From Candidatus Magasanikbacteria bacterium RIFCSPHIGHO2_02_FULL_47_14 (lineage in GTDB: Bacteria; Patescibacteriota; Patescibacteriia; Magasanikbacterales; UBA922), in NCBI GenBank assembly GCA_001784275.1, contig MFQB01000012.1, positions 1-33,353 on the forward strand: a DNA stretch of 33,353 nucleotides, in the 5' to 3' direction. The notes beneath the pieces were generated by a model. That model was not told the DNA's origin, ran no database searches, and worked only from the letters and a program-made list of their open reading frames with translations. Each line of letters starts with the position of its first letter. Within the stretch, counting starts at the first letter, position 1. Positions 25,895 through 33,353 of this stretch are shown piece after piece. The position numbers and the translations under genes were made by a program.

Positions 25895-27736
25895 TTAAGA
25901 AAAATATGCCTTATGCCACATTTCGAGTGCGAGAAGCGCCCAAAGTCGTTTGCCATGACCGCCCTTGCTTTGATGCTCTTCGAGCATGTGTTGAATAGCC
26001 TCTCGTCTAAAAAGAGTGTATATGAAACTTTCCTGATCGTGAAATTGTTCACGTATGTAAGGACGTAACTCATGTTGAAACCAGGCATCGATGGGCACTG
26101 AGAACCCATGCTTCTGGCGCGTGAGAACTGAGCGCGGCAACCGAGACCTCAAAGCGCGACGGAGTATTTTTTTTCCTTGAAAAAAATCAAGTTTAAGCCT
26201 GGAAGGCATCTCGGCCATTCGCAGAACAAAAAGATGATCTAAAAAGGGCGCTCTCACTTCCAACGCATGCGCCATGCTTGCCATATCTGTCTTCACATTT
26301 AAGTCGTCGGGGACATAGGAATGAAAATCGAGCCATAATATTTGATTGATCCACTCGGCATGGATTTCTTTCACTTTGTTCTCGAATATATTTTCAACTC
26401 CCTGATGAGAGCTGTTGTACCCGGGCATGCACCACCGGCTTTTTAACCATTCGTCAAAGTAGTTAGTGAGGTTATAATGTCGACGGGCGGGCGACAAGGA
26501 GCCCATACGCTTAATTAAGTTGATTTTCGACGACAAAAAACGAGAAGGGAATATTTTTAGCGCTTCTGCAAGCCAAGGATACCGCAACAAGGCAAGATGT
26601 ACACGATACTTATCATATCCGGCAAAGTTTTCATCACCTCCATCGCCACTTAAAGCGACAGTAACGTACTTTCTCGTATACTGAGATAACATATAGGTTG
26701 GCAGCTGTGAACTATCCGCATATGGCTCTTCGTAGTGAACAAAAAGATTTTCAATATGAGCGAGGAGGTCCTGTGGCCCCACGCGACACTCGTGGTGTTC
26801 GGTCTGATATAGTGCAGAAACTTGTTGTGCATAGACGCCTTCGTCAAATTCTTTTTCTCCAAAACGAATAGAAAAAGTTTTTACTTTGTCAGTAAACTGA
26901 CTCATAGACGCGACAACAGCGCTGCTGTCAATACCTCCTGAGAGAAAAACGCCAATCGGGACGTCGCTAATCATTCGAAGTGATACTGCACGATCTATTT
27001 CCTCGAGGACATACGTTTCCCACTCCGATTGACTACGGTCATACCTTGGTATGTAGTTCAAAGAAAAATATTTTTGTTTTGTGAAACGACCGTCTTTAAG
27101 AGATAAAGTGAAGTAATGTCCCTGCTCCAACTTCTGAATATGCACAAAACCGGTCCGCGGAGCAGGAACGTATTGAAGTGTTAAAAAATCATAAATCGCT
27201 TTTCCGTCGACCTGACGTGGAATGGCATGTGTAAGAATTGCCTTTAATTCGGAACTGAAAATAAATCGATCGCCGTCGAAATAATACTTTAATGGCTTCT
27301 TGCCGAACCGATCTCGTGCCCCGAAAAGGATGCTCTCCTCTTTATCATATATCACAAAAGCAAACATCCCATTAAATTTGCTAAGGCATTCTGTGCCATA
27401 CTCCAAGTACGCAGCGGCCAGTACTTCAGTATCTGTTTGTGAATCAAACACATAGCCCTTTTGTTCCAGTTCAGAACGAATTTCAAAAAAGTTATACACC
27501 TCCCCATTAAAGGTAATGACAGCCGTCCTACCTTGGTGGGTATATATCATAGGCTGATGGCCACTTTGTGAAAGGTCCAAAATGGCAAGACGTAGATGGC
27601 CCAAGCCGACGTTCCTGTCTATAAAAATACCTCGATCATCCGGACCGCGATAGTTAATGGCCTGATTCATCTTCTCTATATCAGTCTGACTAACAGGCTG
27701 ATTTTTCAGTGAGACAAATCCGTTTATACCACACAT
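25895..27736 (-). CDS. asnB: Asparagine synthase family glutamine-dependent amidotransferase
   Basis: 613 aa. N-terminal MCGI (Cys2 Ntn nucleophile) and the PP-loop FLSGGIDSS. The context suggests glycan (uronate) amidation rather than housekeeping Asn synthesis. Confidence 0.9.
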   Translation of the reverse strand: MCGINGFVSLKNQPVSQTDIEKMNQAINYRGPDDRGIFIDRNVGLGHLRLAILDLSQSGHQPMIYTHQGRTAVITFNGEVYNFFEIRSELEQKGYVFDSQTDTEVLAAAYLEYGTECLSKFNGMFAFVIYDKEESILFGARDRFGKKPLKYYFDGDRFIFSSELKAILTHAIPRQVDGKAIYDFLTLQYVPAPRTGFVHIQKLEQGHYFTLSLKDGRFTKQKYFSLNYIPRYDRSQSEWETYVLEEIDRAVSLRMISDVPIGVFLSGGIDSSAVVASMSQFTDKVKTFSIRFGEKEFDEGVYAQQVSALYQTEHHECRVGPQDLLAHIENLFVHYEEPYADSSQLPTYMLSQYTRKYVTVALSGDGGDENFAGYDKYRVHLALLRYPWLAEALKIFPSRFLSSKINLIKRMGSLSPARRHYNLTNYFDEWLKSRWCMPGYNSSHQGVENIFENKVKEIHAEWINQILWLDFHSYVPDDLNVKTDMASMAHALEVRAPFLDHLFVLRMAEMPSRLKLDFFQGKKILRRALRSRLPRSVLTRQKHGFSVPIDAWFQHELRPYIREQFHDQESFIYTLFRREAIQHMLEEHQSKGGHGKRLWALLALEMWHKAYFS

Positions 27737-28881
27737 AAACGCTGATATAACTGAAAATACTGGTCGGCCATGTTCTCCCAGTGAAAGCGTTCCGCAATAC
27801 TCCGGCTGTACACGCCCATCTCTTTTTGCCGGTCAGGGTTAATATATACTTGATACAAGGCTTCTGAAATATCCTCTTCGTTTGGGTCTACAACATACCC
27901 GTTGCTCTTGACCAACATATCACTTCCACCAGTTTTCGTTGTGATAACCGGAAGTCCGCTTGCCATTGCCTCTAAGAGGGTGTTACTCATGCCCTCTCGT
28001 TCCGACACCAATACAAATACCGACGCATGCTGATAAGACGAAGGGAGTTCGTGATGAGGTACATGTGGTGAAAAGACCACCGTATCTTGAATATTCAATT
28101 CTTTACAATACGAAACGAGCTGTCTGCGCTCAGGTCCGTCTCCGATGAGGACCAATTCGACCGGTTTGCTTGAAATACGTTGAGAAAACTTTTTAAATGA
28201 CCGGAGCAGCAATGGAATGTTCTTAATACGATGCAATCGCCCAACAAATAACACACGAAAAACAGAACTTCTCTTTGTGTTGACACTGAATTTGTTTATA
28301 TCAACTCCATTTGGTATAACCGCATAGTCCCTACGCAAAAAATGCTCTGCCTCATTTTGGAGGTCATCACTATTCACAACTACTGCGCCTGCTTTCTTCC
28401 AACTTCGATAAATAAGAGACTTCATGACGGCGTACATGTATCGATAGCTGGGATTGTGGTATGGCACATCACTCCCTCGCAGACTTATCACGTATGGTGG
28501 TTCCAAAAAAGAGGCAACTATCCCACCGGGAATTCCCATAAACGCGTGCACCAAGTCATATTGCTGTGCCTGCATCATTTTTTTTGAAAAAAAATACGCC
28601 TGGACAGCATAACGTAATACGTCTTGATGTCTCTGGTGTTGAAGATGAACCTCGTTTTTTCCAATATCAAGGCGGTACATGACCGCTGAGTCAGACAATC
28701 GAACCACGTCCTTAGAACCCGGCGACCCAGTGATAACGTCAATCATCACGCGAGAACCGTGTATCTGAGTCAGAGAACGTACCAAATAGTCCACTGCGTT
28801 TGCAGCCCCACCTCCAAGTGGAGGAAACTCGTAACTAAGGAGAAGTATGCGCAATCGAGTATGCTGATCCATCTTTGCCAT
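27724..28881 (-). CDS. GT4 family glycosyltransferase
   Basis: 385 aa. N-terminal ILLLSYEFPPLGGGAANAV and E-x7-E signature VSEREGMSNTLLEAMASGLPVITTKTGG. Confidence 0.85.
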   Translation of the reverse strand: MAKMDQHTRLRILLLSYEFPPLGGGAANAVDYLVRSLTQIHGSRVMIDVITGSPGSKDVVRLSDSAVMYRLDIGKNEVHLQHQRHQDVLRYAVQAYFFSKKMMQAQQYDLVHAFMGIPGGIVASFLEPPYVISLRGSDVPYHNPSYRYMYAVMKSLIYRSWKKAGAVVVNSDDLQNEAEHFLRRDYAVIPNGVDINKFSVNTKRSSVFRVLFVGRLHRIKNIPLLLRSFKKFSQRISSKPVELVLIGDGPERRQLVSYCKELNIQDTVVFSPHVPHHELPSSYQHASVFVLVSEREGMSNTLLEAMASGLPVITTKTGGSDMLVKSNGYVVDPNEEDISEALYQVYINPDRQKEMGVYSRSIAERFHWENMADQYFQLYQRLCVV

Positions 28882-28883
28882 AG

Positions 28884-29858
28884 TTACCGCTTAGGAACTG
28901 ACGTATCGTGCAGTTGATGTATCACTTCGCGTATAACGTACGAGCGATCTCTCGAAGAGGCATAATATGTTTTTGACAAGATGTCAGCCAACAGACCAAA
29001 AACCAGAAACTGAATACCGCCCAGGAAACCAAACATTGCCATCTCTGTAAGAACAGTTTCCGATAGGTCAATCGCTAAAAAAAATTTTCTGTAAACAACC
29101 ACAAGCGCAACAAGGCATGAAAAAAACACCAACATAAGGCCAACCCCACCGAATAGATGAAGCGGGCGATTCGCGAACTTTTTCCAAAACCACACTGATA
29201 TCATATCTAAAAACCCCTTGACGGTTCGCTTCCATCCATATTTTGACATCCCATGCACCCTTGGACGATGTGTAACTTCCACCTCTCCAATTCGAAATCC
29301 TTTTAATTTAAGCACCGCGGGAATGAACCGATGCATTTCTCCAAACAAATCAATGGTTTCAAAACAGTGCCGTCGGTATGCCTTTAAGGAACAGCCGCTG
29401 TCGTGGATGCCGTCGTCGATGAGAAATTTTCTCAGTCCATTTGCGACACGGGAAACAAATCTTTTACTCAGGGAGTCTTTTCTTTGTTTTCTCCACCCAG
29501 AGATTACGTCAAATCCCTTACCAAGTTCTGACAGGAGGGCCGGAATATCCTTTGGATCATTCTGGAGGTCTCCATCCATGATTACAACCACCTCTCCTTT
29601 TGCGGCTTTAATCCCTGCATCTATAGCTGCCGTTTGACCAAAATTTTTCTGAAAATTAATAATCGTCAACGGTGTGAGTGTTTTCATAACGGACAGACTT
29701 GTGTCTGTACTCCCGTCGTTGATAAAAATAATCTCAAACTGGCGCTTAAGCCCGCGGCAAACGTAAAGAATTTCTTCGTGCAGTTGTTTCAAATTTTCTG
29801 CTTCATTACAAATAGGAATGAGAACAGAAACAAAAAAAATGTCCTGTGAGGATTCCAT
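28884..29858 (-). CDS. GT2 polyprenyl-phosphate glycosyltransferase (GtrB / ArnC / Ppm1 / DPM1-like)
   Basis: Motifs seen: VSVLIPICNEAENL...FINDGSTD and MDGDLQND, plus two C-terminal TM helices typical of GtrB/ArnC. The tracked start at 29987 is TTG and lies inside the fusA terminator. ATG 29858 (MESSQDIFFVSVLIP) fits the family N-terminus. Confidence 0.8.
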   Translation of the reverse strand: MESSQDIFFVSVLIPICNEAENLKQLHEEILYVCRGLKRQFEIIFINDGSTDTSLSVMKTLTPLTIINFQKNFGQTAAIDAGIKAAKGEVVVIMDGDLQNDPKDIPALLSELGKGFDVISGWRKQRKDSLSKRFVSRVANGLRKFLIDDGIHDSGCSLKAYRRHCFETIDLFGEMHRFIPAVLKLKGFRIGEVEVTHRPRVHGMSKYGWKRTVKGFLDMISVWFWKKFANRPLHLFGGVGLMLVFFSCLVALVVVYRKFFLAIDLSETVLTEMAMFGFLGGIQFLVFGLLADILSKTYYASSRDRSYVIREVIHQLHDTSVPKR

Positions 29859-29910
29859 AGAGAACAAACCACCATTAGCGTAACATGCTCGGATCGAAAG
29901 AGCAAGCTGT

Positions 29911-29919
29911 TTTATAGCA
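29911..29919 (-). promoter_or_regulatory. Candidate extended -10 element (TGCTATAAA) for the 19-gene glycan operon
   Basis: Minus strand reads TGC (29917-29919) then TATAAA (29911-29916). It sits between the fusA terminator and the ATG at 29858. The -35 is poor. Confidence 0.3.
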
Positions 29920-29964
29920 GTCTGCAAAGACTGCAGGTAGTGCATAGATTCGTCAGGGCATGTA

Positions 29965-29998
29965 TTAAAAAAGAGGTCCTCTCTCAAGGACCTCTTTT
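29965..29998 (-). terminator. Intrinsic terminator after fusA
   Basis: 9-bp stem AAGAGGTCC / GGACCTCTT (29971-29979 / 29988-29996) with an 8-nt loop and T-runs on both strands. It starts 12 nt downstream of the fusA stop. Confidence 0.8.
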
Positions 29999-30008
29999 TA
30001 TAAATAAA

Positions 30009-32105
30009 CTACTTCTTACCTTCAACAATCTGTTGTTCCACGTTCTTTGGAACCTCAGCGTAGTGGCTGAACTCCATCGAGTAGCTGGCGCGACCCGAAC
30101 TCATCGAACGAAGGTTGCCGACGTACCCAAACATCGTAGCAAGCGGGACTTTGGCACGTATAACTTTTGCAGTGCCACGCTCGGTCATCTCTTCAATCTG
30201 ACCACGTTTTGAGTTCAAGTCACCGATCACATCACCCATATATTGCTCCGGGGTTAAGACCTCAACAGCCATGATTGGTTCGAGAATAACCGGGTGCGCC
30301 CTCTTTACAGCGTCAGTAAATGCCATACTTCCTGCCATCTTGAAGGCGATTTCTGAAGAGTCAACTTCGTGGTAACTTCCGTCAAAGACAGAGGCTTTGA
30401 TATTTTCCATCGGATATCCTGCGACAATACCACGGTTCATACACTCTTTGACACCCTTTTCAATGGCAGGAACATACTCGCGAGGAATGATGCCGCCCTT
30501 GATATCGTCAACGAACTCAAACCGTGGGCCACCGGCTGGCAAGGGTTCAATGCGCAACCAGCAGTGTCCATACTGCCCACGACCACCGGTCTGCTTGATG
30601 TACTTTCCCTCTGCTTCGGCACTACCACGAATAGTTTCCCGGTAGGCAACTTGTGGAGCACCAACATTGGCTTCCACTTTGAACTCACGCTTCATACGAT
30701 CGACAATGATGTCGAGATGTAACTCACCCATACCGGAGATAATGGTCTGGAGTGTCTCTTGATCGGAGTGGACCTTAAATGTTGGGTCTTCTTCTGCCAA
30801 CTTTTGCAATGCCAAGCCCATCTTTTCCTGATCTTGTTTCGTTTTTGGTTCGATAGCAACAGAAATGACCGGCTCTGGGAAGGTAATGTTCTCGAGCAAT
30901 ACTGGTCGGTTTTCAGCACAGAGTGTGTCACCGGTTTTTGTTCCCTTCAAACCGACAGCAGCAGCAATTTCTCCGGCAAAGACCTCTGTCACGTCTTCAC
31001 GGTGATTGGCGTGCATACGTACGATACGACCGAGACGCTCTTTTTCACCGGTCGTTGTGTTGATGACGTAGGTTCCGGCTTGAACAACACCGGAGTACAC
31101 ACGGAAGAAGACCAGCTTACCCACGAATGGGTCGGTCGCAATCTTAAACGCAAGACCGGAAAATGGTTCATCATCACGTGGTTTGATCTCGATTTTTTTC
31201 TCAAGGTCATCTGGGTCCATTCCCTGAATACTGTCGACATCAATTGGTGATGGCAAGTAGTAGGTCACAGAGTCAAGCATGAGTTGAACACCAATATTAC
31301 CCAAGGCTGATCCACACATGACCGGGTAGATGCTGTCAGTAAGCACCATGGAGCGAATACCGGCGCGAATCTCGTCAATTGAAAACGCCTCACCATTTAC
31401 ATATTTATTCATCATCTGGTCGTTGGCTTCGGCAACTTTTTCGAACAACTTGCCGCGGTGAGCGGCAACACGTTCTTTTTCGTCTTCCGGGATTGGAATC
31501 TCAATGATATTTTCACCATGTTCACCTTCGAACTTGAAGGCCTTTTGTTCGATAAGGTCGATAATACCAGAGAATGAACTCTCCTGGCCGATCGGGAGCT
31601 GAATCGCAACTGCCTTTGGTGACAACCGAGTTTGAATAGACTCCAAACTCATGTAAAAATCAGCGCCCATCTTGTCCATCTTGTTGACAAAACACACACG
31701 TGGCACTTCGTACTTGTCGGCCTGGCGCCAAACAGTTTCTGACTGTGGTTCCACGCCCTGTGAACCATCAAAGACTGCCACAGCACCGTCCAACACACGA
31801 AGTGAACGTTCTACCTCTGCAGTAAAGTCAACGTGTCCCGGAGTATCGATGATGTTGATGCGATATCCATCTGACGAGCCTGTCGGCTTCCAAAAACAAG
31901 TGGTTGCAGCGCTGGTAATCGTAATACCGCGCTCTTTTTCTTGTTCCATCCAGTCCATTTCAGCAGCACCTTCGTGCACTTCACCGATCTTGTGTTTCTT
32001 GCCGGTGTAAAACAAGATGCGCTCTGTGGTCGTTGTTTTTCCAGCATCAATGTGGGCCATGATCCCGATATTTCTGGTTTTTTCAAGTGAAAATTCTCGT
32101 GGCAT
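30009..32105 (-). CDS. fusA: Translation elongation factor G
   Basis: 698 aa. G1 motif [27 protein letters not shown], and full-length EF-G domain order. Confidence 0.97.
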   Translation of the reverse strand: MPREFSLEKTRNIGIMAHIDAGKTTTTERILFYTGKKHKIGEVHEGAAEMDWMEQEKERGITITSAATTCFWKPTGSSDGYRINIIDTPGHVDFTAEVERSLRVLDGAVAVFDGSQGVEPQSETVWRQADKYEVPRVCFVNKMDKMGADFYMSLESIQTRLSPKAVAIQLPIGQESSFSGIIDLIEQKAFKFEGEHGENIIEIPIPEDEKERVAAHRGKLFEKVAEANDQMMNKYVNGEAFSIDEIRAGIRSMVLTDSIYPVMCGSALGNIGVQLMLDSVTYYLPSPIDVDSIQGMDPDDLEKKIEIKPRDDEPFSGLAFKIATDPFVGKLVFFRVYSGVVQAGTYVINTTTGEKERLGRIVRMHANHREDVTEVFAGEIAAAVGLKGTKTGDTLCAENRPVLLENITFPEPVISVAIEPKTKQDQEKMGLALQKLAEEDPTFKVHSDQETLQTIISGMGELHLDIIVDRMKREFKVEANVGAPQVAYRETIRGSAEAEGKYIKQTGGRGQYGHCWLRIEPLPAGGPRFEFVDDIKGGIIPREYVPAIEKGVKECMNRGIVAGYPMENIKASVFDGSYHEVDSSEIAFKMAGSMAFTDAVKRAHPVILEPIMAVEVLTPEQYMGDVIGDLNSKRGQIEEMTERGTAKVIRAKVPLATMFGYVGNLRSMSSGRASYSMEFSHYAEVPKNVEQQIVEGKK

Positions 32106-32132
32106 AGATGTGAAGTAATACGCAAGAAGCTA

Positions 32133-32606
32133 TTAAGCTCGTCGCGCAAAGTGAGCAAAGGCCTTGTTTGATTCAGCCATGCGATGTGTGTCTTCTTTCT
32201 TCTTCATGGCGCCACCGACTCCTTCGAGGATGTCTAAAAATTCTGCAGCAAGACGCTCTTTCATAGCGCTGCCCTTGCGACCGCGTGCGGCTTCAATCAA
32301 CCAGCGGAATGCCAACGCATTGCCGCGTGGCCCCATGACCGGCATTGGAACCTGGTAGTTGGCTCCACCAACACGTCGTGAGCGAACTTCAACCGCAGGT
32401 CGGACAGTCTCGATCACTTTTTCAAACAACTTAATTTCATCCATGCCTTTTTTCTTTGCAGCATTTTCAAGTGCACCGTAGACAATGTCCTGCGCAATCG
32501 TTTTTTTGCCGCTGTCCATGAGGTAGTTCACAAACTTTGCCAAGAGAATACTCTGATATTTTGGATCAGGAAGAATATCTCGTTTAGGTGCTCGTTTTCC
32601 ACGCAT
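32133..32606 (-). CDS. rpsG: 30S ribosomal protein S7
   Basis: 157 aa. Sequence [19 protein letters not shown]...[16 protein letters not shown]...AFAHFA, located between rpsL and fusA. Confidence 0.97.
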   Translation of the reverse strand: MRGKRAPKRDILPDPKYQSILLAKFVNYLMDSGKKTIAQDIVYGALENAAKKKGMDEIKLFEKVIETVRPAVEVRSRRVGGANYQVPMPVMGPRGNALAFRWLIEAARGRKGSAMKERLAAEFLDILEGVGGAMKKKEDTHRMAESNKAFAHFARRA

Positions 32607-32638
32607 ATTCAGTAATTAACAATATGATAGTGAATAAA

Positions 32639-33058
32639 TTAGCTCTTTGGTCTCTTGGCACCGTACAGTGAGCGACTACGGCGACGAGCTTGAACTCCTT
32701 GTGTATCGTACACACCACGAACAATCGTGTAGCGAACACCTGGCAAGTCTTTCACACGACCACCGCGAATCAACACGATGGAATGTTCTTGCAAGTTGTG
32801 TCCCTCACCCGGGATATAGGCAATAACTTCCACGCCATTTGACAAGCGAACCTTGGCAACCTTACGTAACGCTGAGTTCGGTTTCTTTGGAGTGGTTGTA
32901 TACACCTTGGTACAGACACCACGTTTAAATGGTGAACCTCGGCGGAGGGTTGTCTTGCGGCGGTGCAAGCTGTCGTACATAAACTGAAGTGCGGGCCGGT
33001 CGGACTTCCGTGGCTTACTTTTGCGTCCTTTACGCAGGATCTGATTCATTGTTGGCAT
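32639..33058 (-). CDS. rpsL: 30S ribosomal protein S12
   Basis: The canonical N-terminus [13 protein letters not shown] starts at ATG 33058. The tracked ORF extends to 33127 through the terminator hairpin and is too long. Also seen: [19 protein letters not shown]...[22 protein letters not shown]. Confidence 0.95.
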   Translation of the reverse strand: MPTMNQILRKGRKSKPRKSDRPALQFMYDSLHRRKTTLRRGSPFKRGVCTKVYTTTPKKPNSALRKVAKVRLSNGVEVIAYIPGEGHNLQEHSIVLIRGGRVKDLPGVRYTIVRGVYDTQGVQARRRSRSLYGAKRPKS

Positions 33059-33234
33059 AGAATCACTATGATGATTAACTAAATAAAAAAGGTGCCGTTG
33101 GGCACCGTTGAAAAGTCTCGTTTGCAATTTGATTGCAGTAAAACCGAGGGCTTCACAACCGGTGCGCCAGAGTGGCGACTTTCACCCCGAGTGTGCCTTT
33201 CTGATGGGCAAAACGGGATTACTCCGTTGAAAGT
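33059..33234 (-). promoter_or_regulatory. Candidate structured 5' leader of rpsL-rpsG-fusA, or an independent ~150-nt small RNA
   Basis: It is bounded by a consensus promoter (33241-33269) and the terminator hairpin (33085-33106). It holds several local hairpins: AACGG/CCGTT, TGCC/GGCA, CGCCA/TGGCG and TGCAA/TTGCA. The element TTCAACGG is duplicated, and the second copy runs into the terminator 5' arm. Confidence 0.4.
33085..33110 (-). terminator. Intrinsic terminator / attenuator hairpin 27 nt upstream of the rpsL ATG
   Basis: Minus strand reads GGTGCC-caac-GGCACC followed by TTTTTTATTT (stem at 33091-33096 / 33101-33106, T-run at 33085-33090). There is no T-run on the plus strand, so it is directional. 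Confidence 0.6.
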
Positions 33235-33240
33235 GGGTCT

Positions 33241-33269
33241 ACTATAATAGAAAAGGTCTATACTGTCAA
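33241..33269 (-). promoter_or_regulatory. Promoter TTGACA-N17-TATAGT driving the rpsL leader
   Basis: Minus strand reads TTGACA (33264-33269), a 17-nt spacer, then TATAGT (33241-33246). Confidence 0.6.
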
Positions 33270-33273
33270 GAGG

Positions 33274-33302
33274 TTGACAAAGTTGGTATTTTATGATATA
33301 GT
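33274..33302 (+). promoter_or_regulatory. Divergent promoter TTGACA-N17-TATAGT for a gene beyond the right window edge
   Basis: Plus strand reads TTGACA (33274-33279), a 17-nt spacer, then TATAGT (33297-33302). It lies back-to-back with the minus-strand promoter. Confidence 0.5.
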
Positions 33303-33353
33303 ATGCCGTTCGTGTCTTCTGACTCGAATTTATGTAAATTTGGCTAAGATAAA

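Noticed and set aside
25895-27736. The asparagine-synthase homologue as a lasso-peptide cyclase (McjC-like) marking a RiPP cluster.
   Set aside because: It keeps the N-terminal Cys2 glutaminase nucleophile and is full length. No B-protein protease or RRE and no short precursor ORF is nearby. The context is entirely glycan biosynthesis.
4291-29987. The glycan region as a horizontally acquired island, based on its lower GC than fusA/rpsG/rpsL.
   Set aside because: There is no integrase, transposase, flanking tRNA or direct repeats. The higher GC of highly conserved translation genes is normal in low-GC genomes. I cannot compute codon statistics reliably by eye.
30369-32010. Several antisense and alternative-frame ORFs within fusA: 30369-30722, 30759-31250, 31672-32010, and 31811-32158 (which runs past the end of this range).
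   Set aside because: They lie entirely within the strongly conserved EF-G reading frame and have no independent signals or motifs. They are typical shadow ORFs of a GC-richer, highly biased gene.
33059-33127. The 5' extension of the rpsL ORF to 33127.
   Set aside because: The canonical S12 N-terminus MPTMNQ starts at 33058. The extension runs through the terminator hairpin and its T-run.
33085-33234. The rpsL-upstream RNA as SRP (4.5S) RNA or 6S RNA.
   Set aside because: It has no GGAA-tetraloop helix-8 motif with flanking AGCA/GCA loops. Its 5' and 3' ends do not pair into the long rod expected for either SRP or 6S RNA. It is kept only as an unclassified leader or small-RNA candidate.
1-33353. 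An alternative genetic code (UGA recoding as in some CPR lineages), CRISPR arrays, diversity-generating retroelements, and toxin-antitoxin or other defence modules.
   Set aside because: Long uninterrupted ORFs with standard stops, including TGA used as a stop at several tight junctions, argue for code 11. I saw no repeat-spacer structure, no reverse transcriptase with template/variable repeat pairs, and no small paired ORFs.

Overview
This window looks like a streamlined, low-GC genome, and the 16S signature and gene content suggest Candidate Phyla Radiation / Patescibacteria. All calls come from reading the sequence and recognising motifs; no database search was run. From left to right the window contains the following.

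- **rRNA end (1-825):** the 5' ~470 nt of a 16S rRNA gene on the minus strand, with a perfect sigma70-type promoter at 766-794.
- **Surface proteins (825-4102):** trmD is fused into an operon with a cohesin-like surface protein. A second anchored surface protein carrying a dockerin-like Ca2+ loop follows.
- **Plus-strand operon (4291-11959):** GT-C glycosyltransferase, a 798-aa ectoprotein with an internal ~200-aa duplication, a 7TM-extended GT-C, and a Wzx-like flippase.
- **Minus-strand operon (29858 down to 11949):** 19 genes over ~18 kb with no gap above 14 nt.
  - 7 glycosyltransferases and 7 different SAM methyltransferases.
  - A pyruvyl transferase, an acetyltransferase, an AsnB-type amidotransferase and a CE4-like deacetylase.
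  - A polyprenyl-phosphate sugar synthase-like GT2 and a possible alpha/alpha-toroid protein.
- **str operon (30009-33058):** rpsL-rpsG-fusA. It is preceded by a consensus promoter, a ~150-nt leader and an intrinsic terminator placed immediately before rpsL.

No transposase, integrase, CRISPR array, tRNA or defence genes were seen. The most unusual content is the methyltransferase-dense envelope-glycan / glycoconjugate system made of the two convergent operons (about 4.3-30 kb). The second candidate is the regulatory leader or small RNA in front of rpsL.
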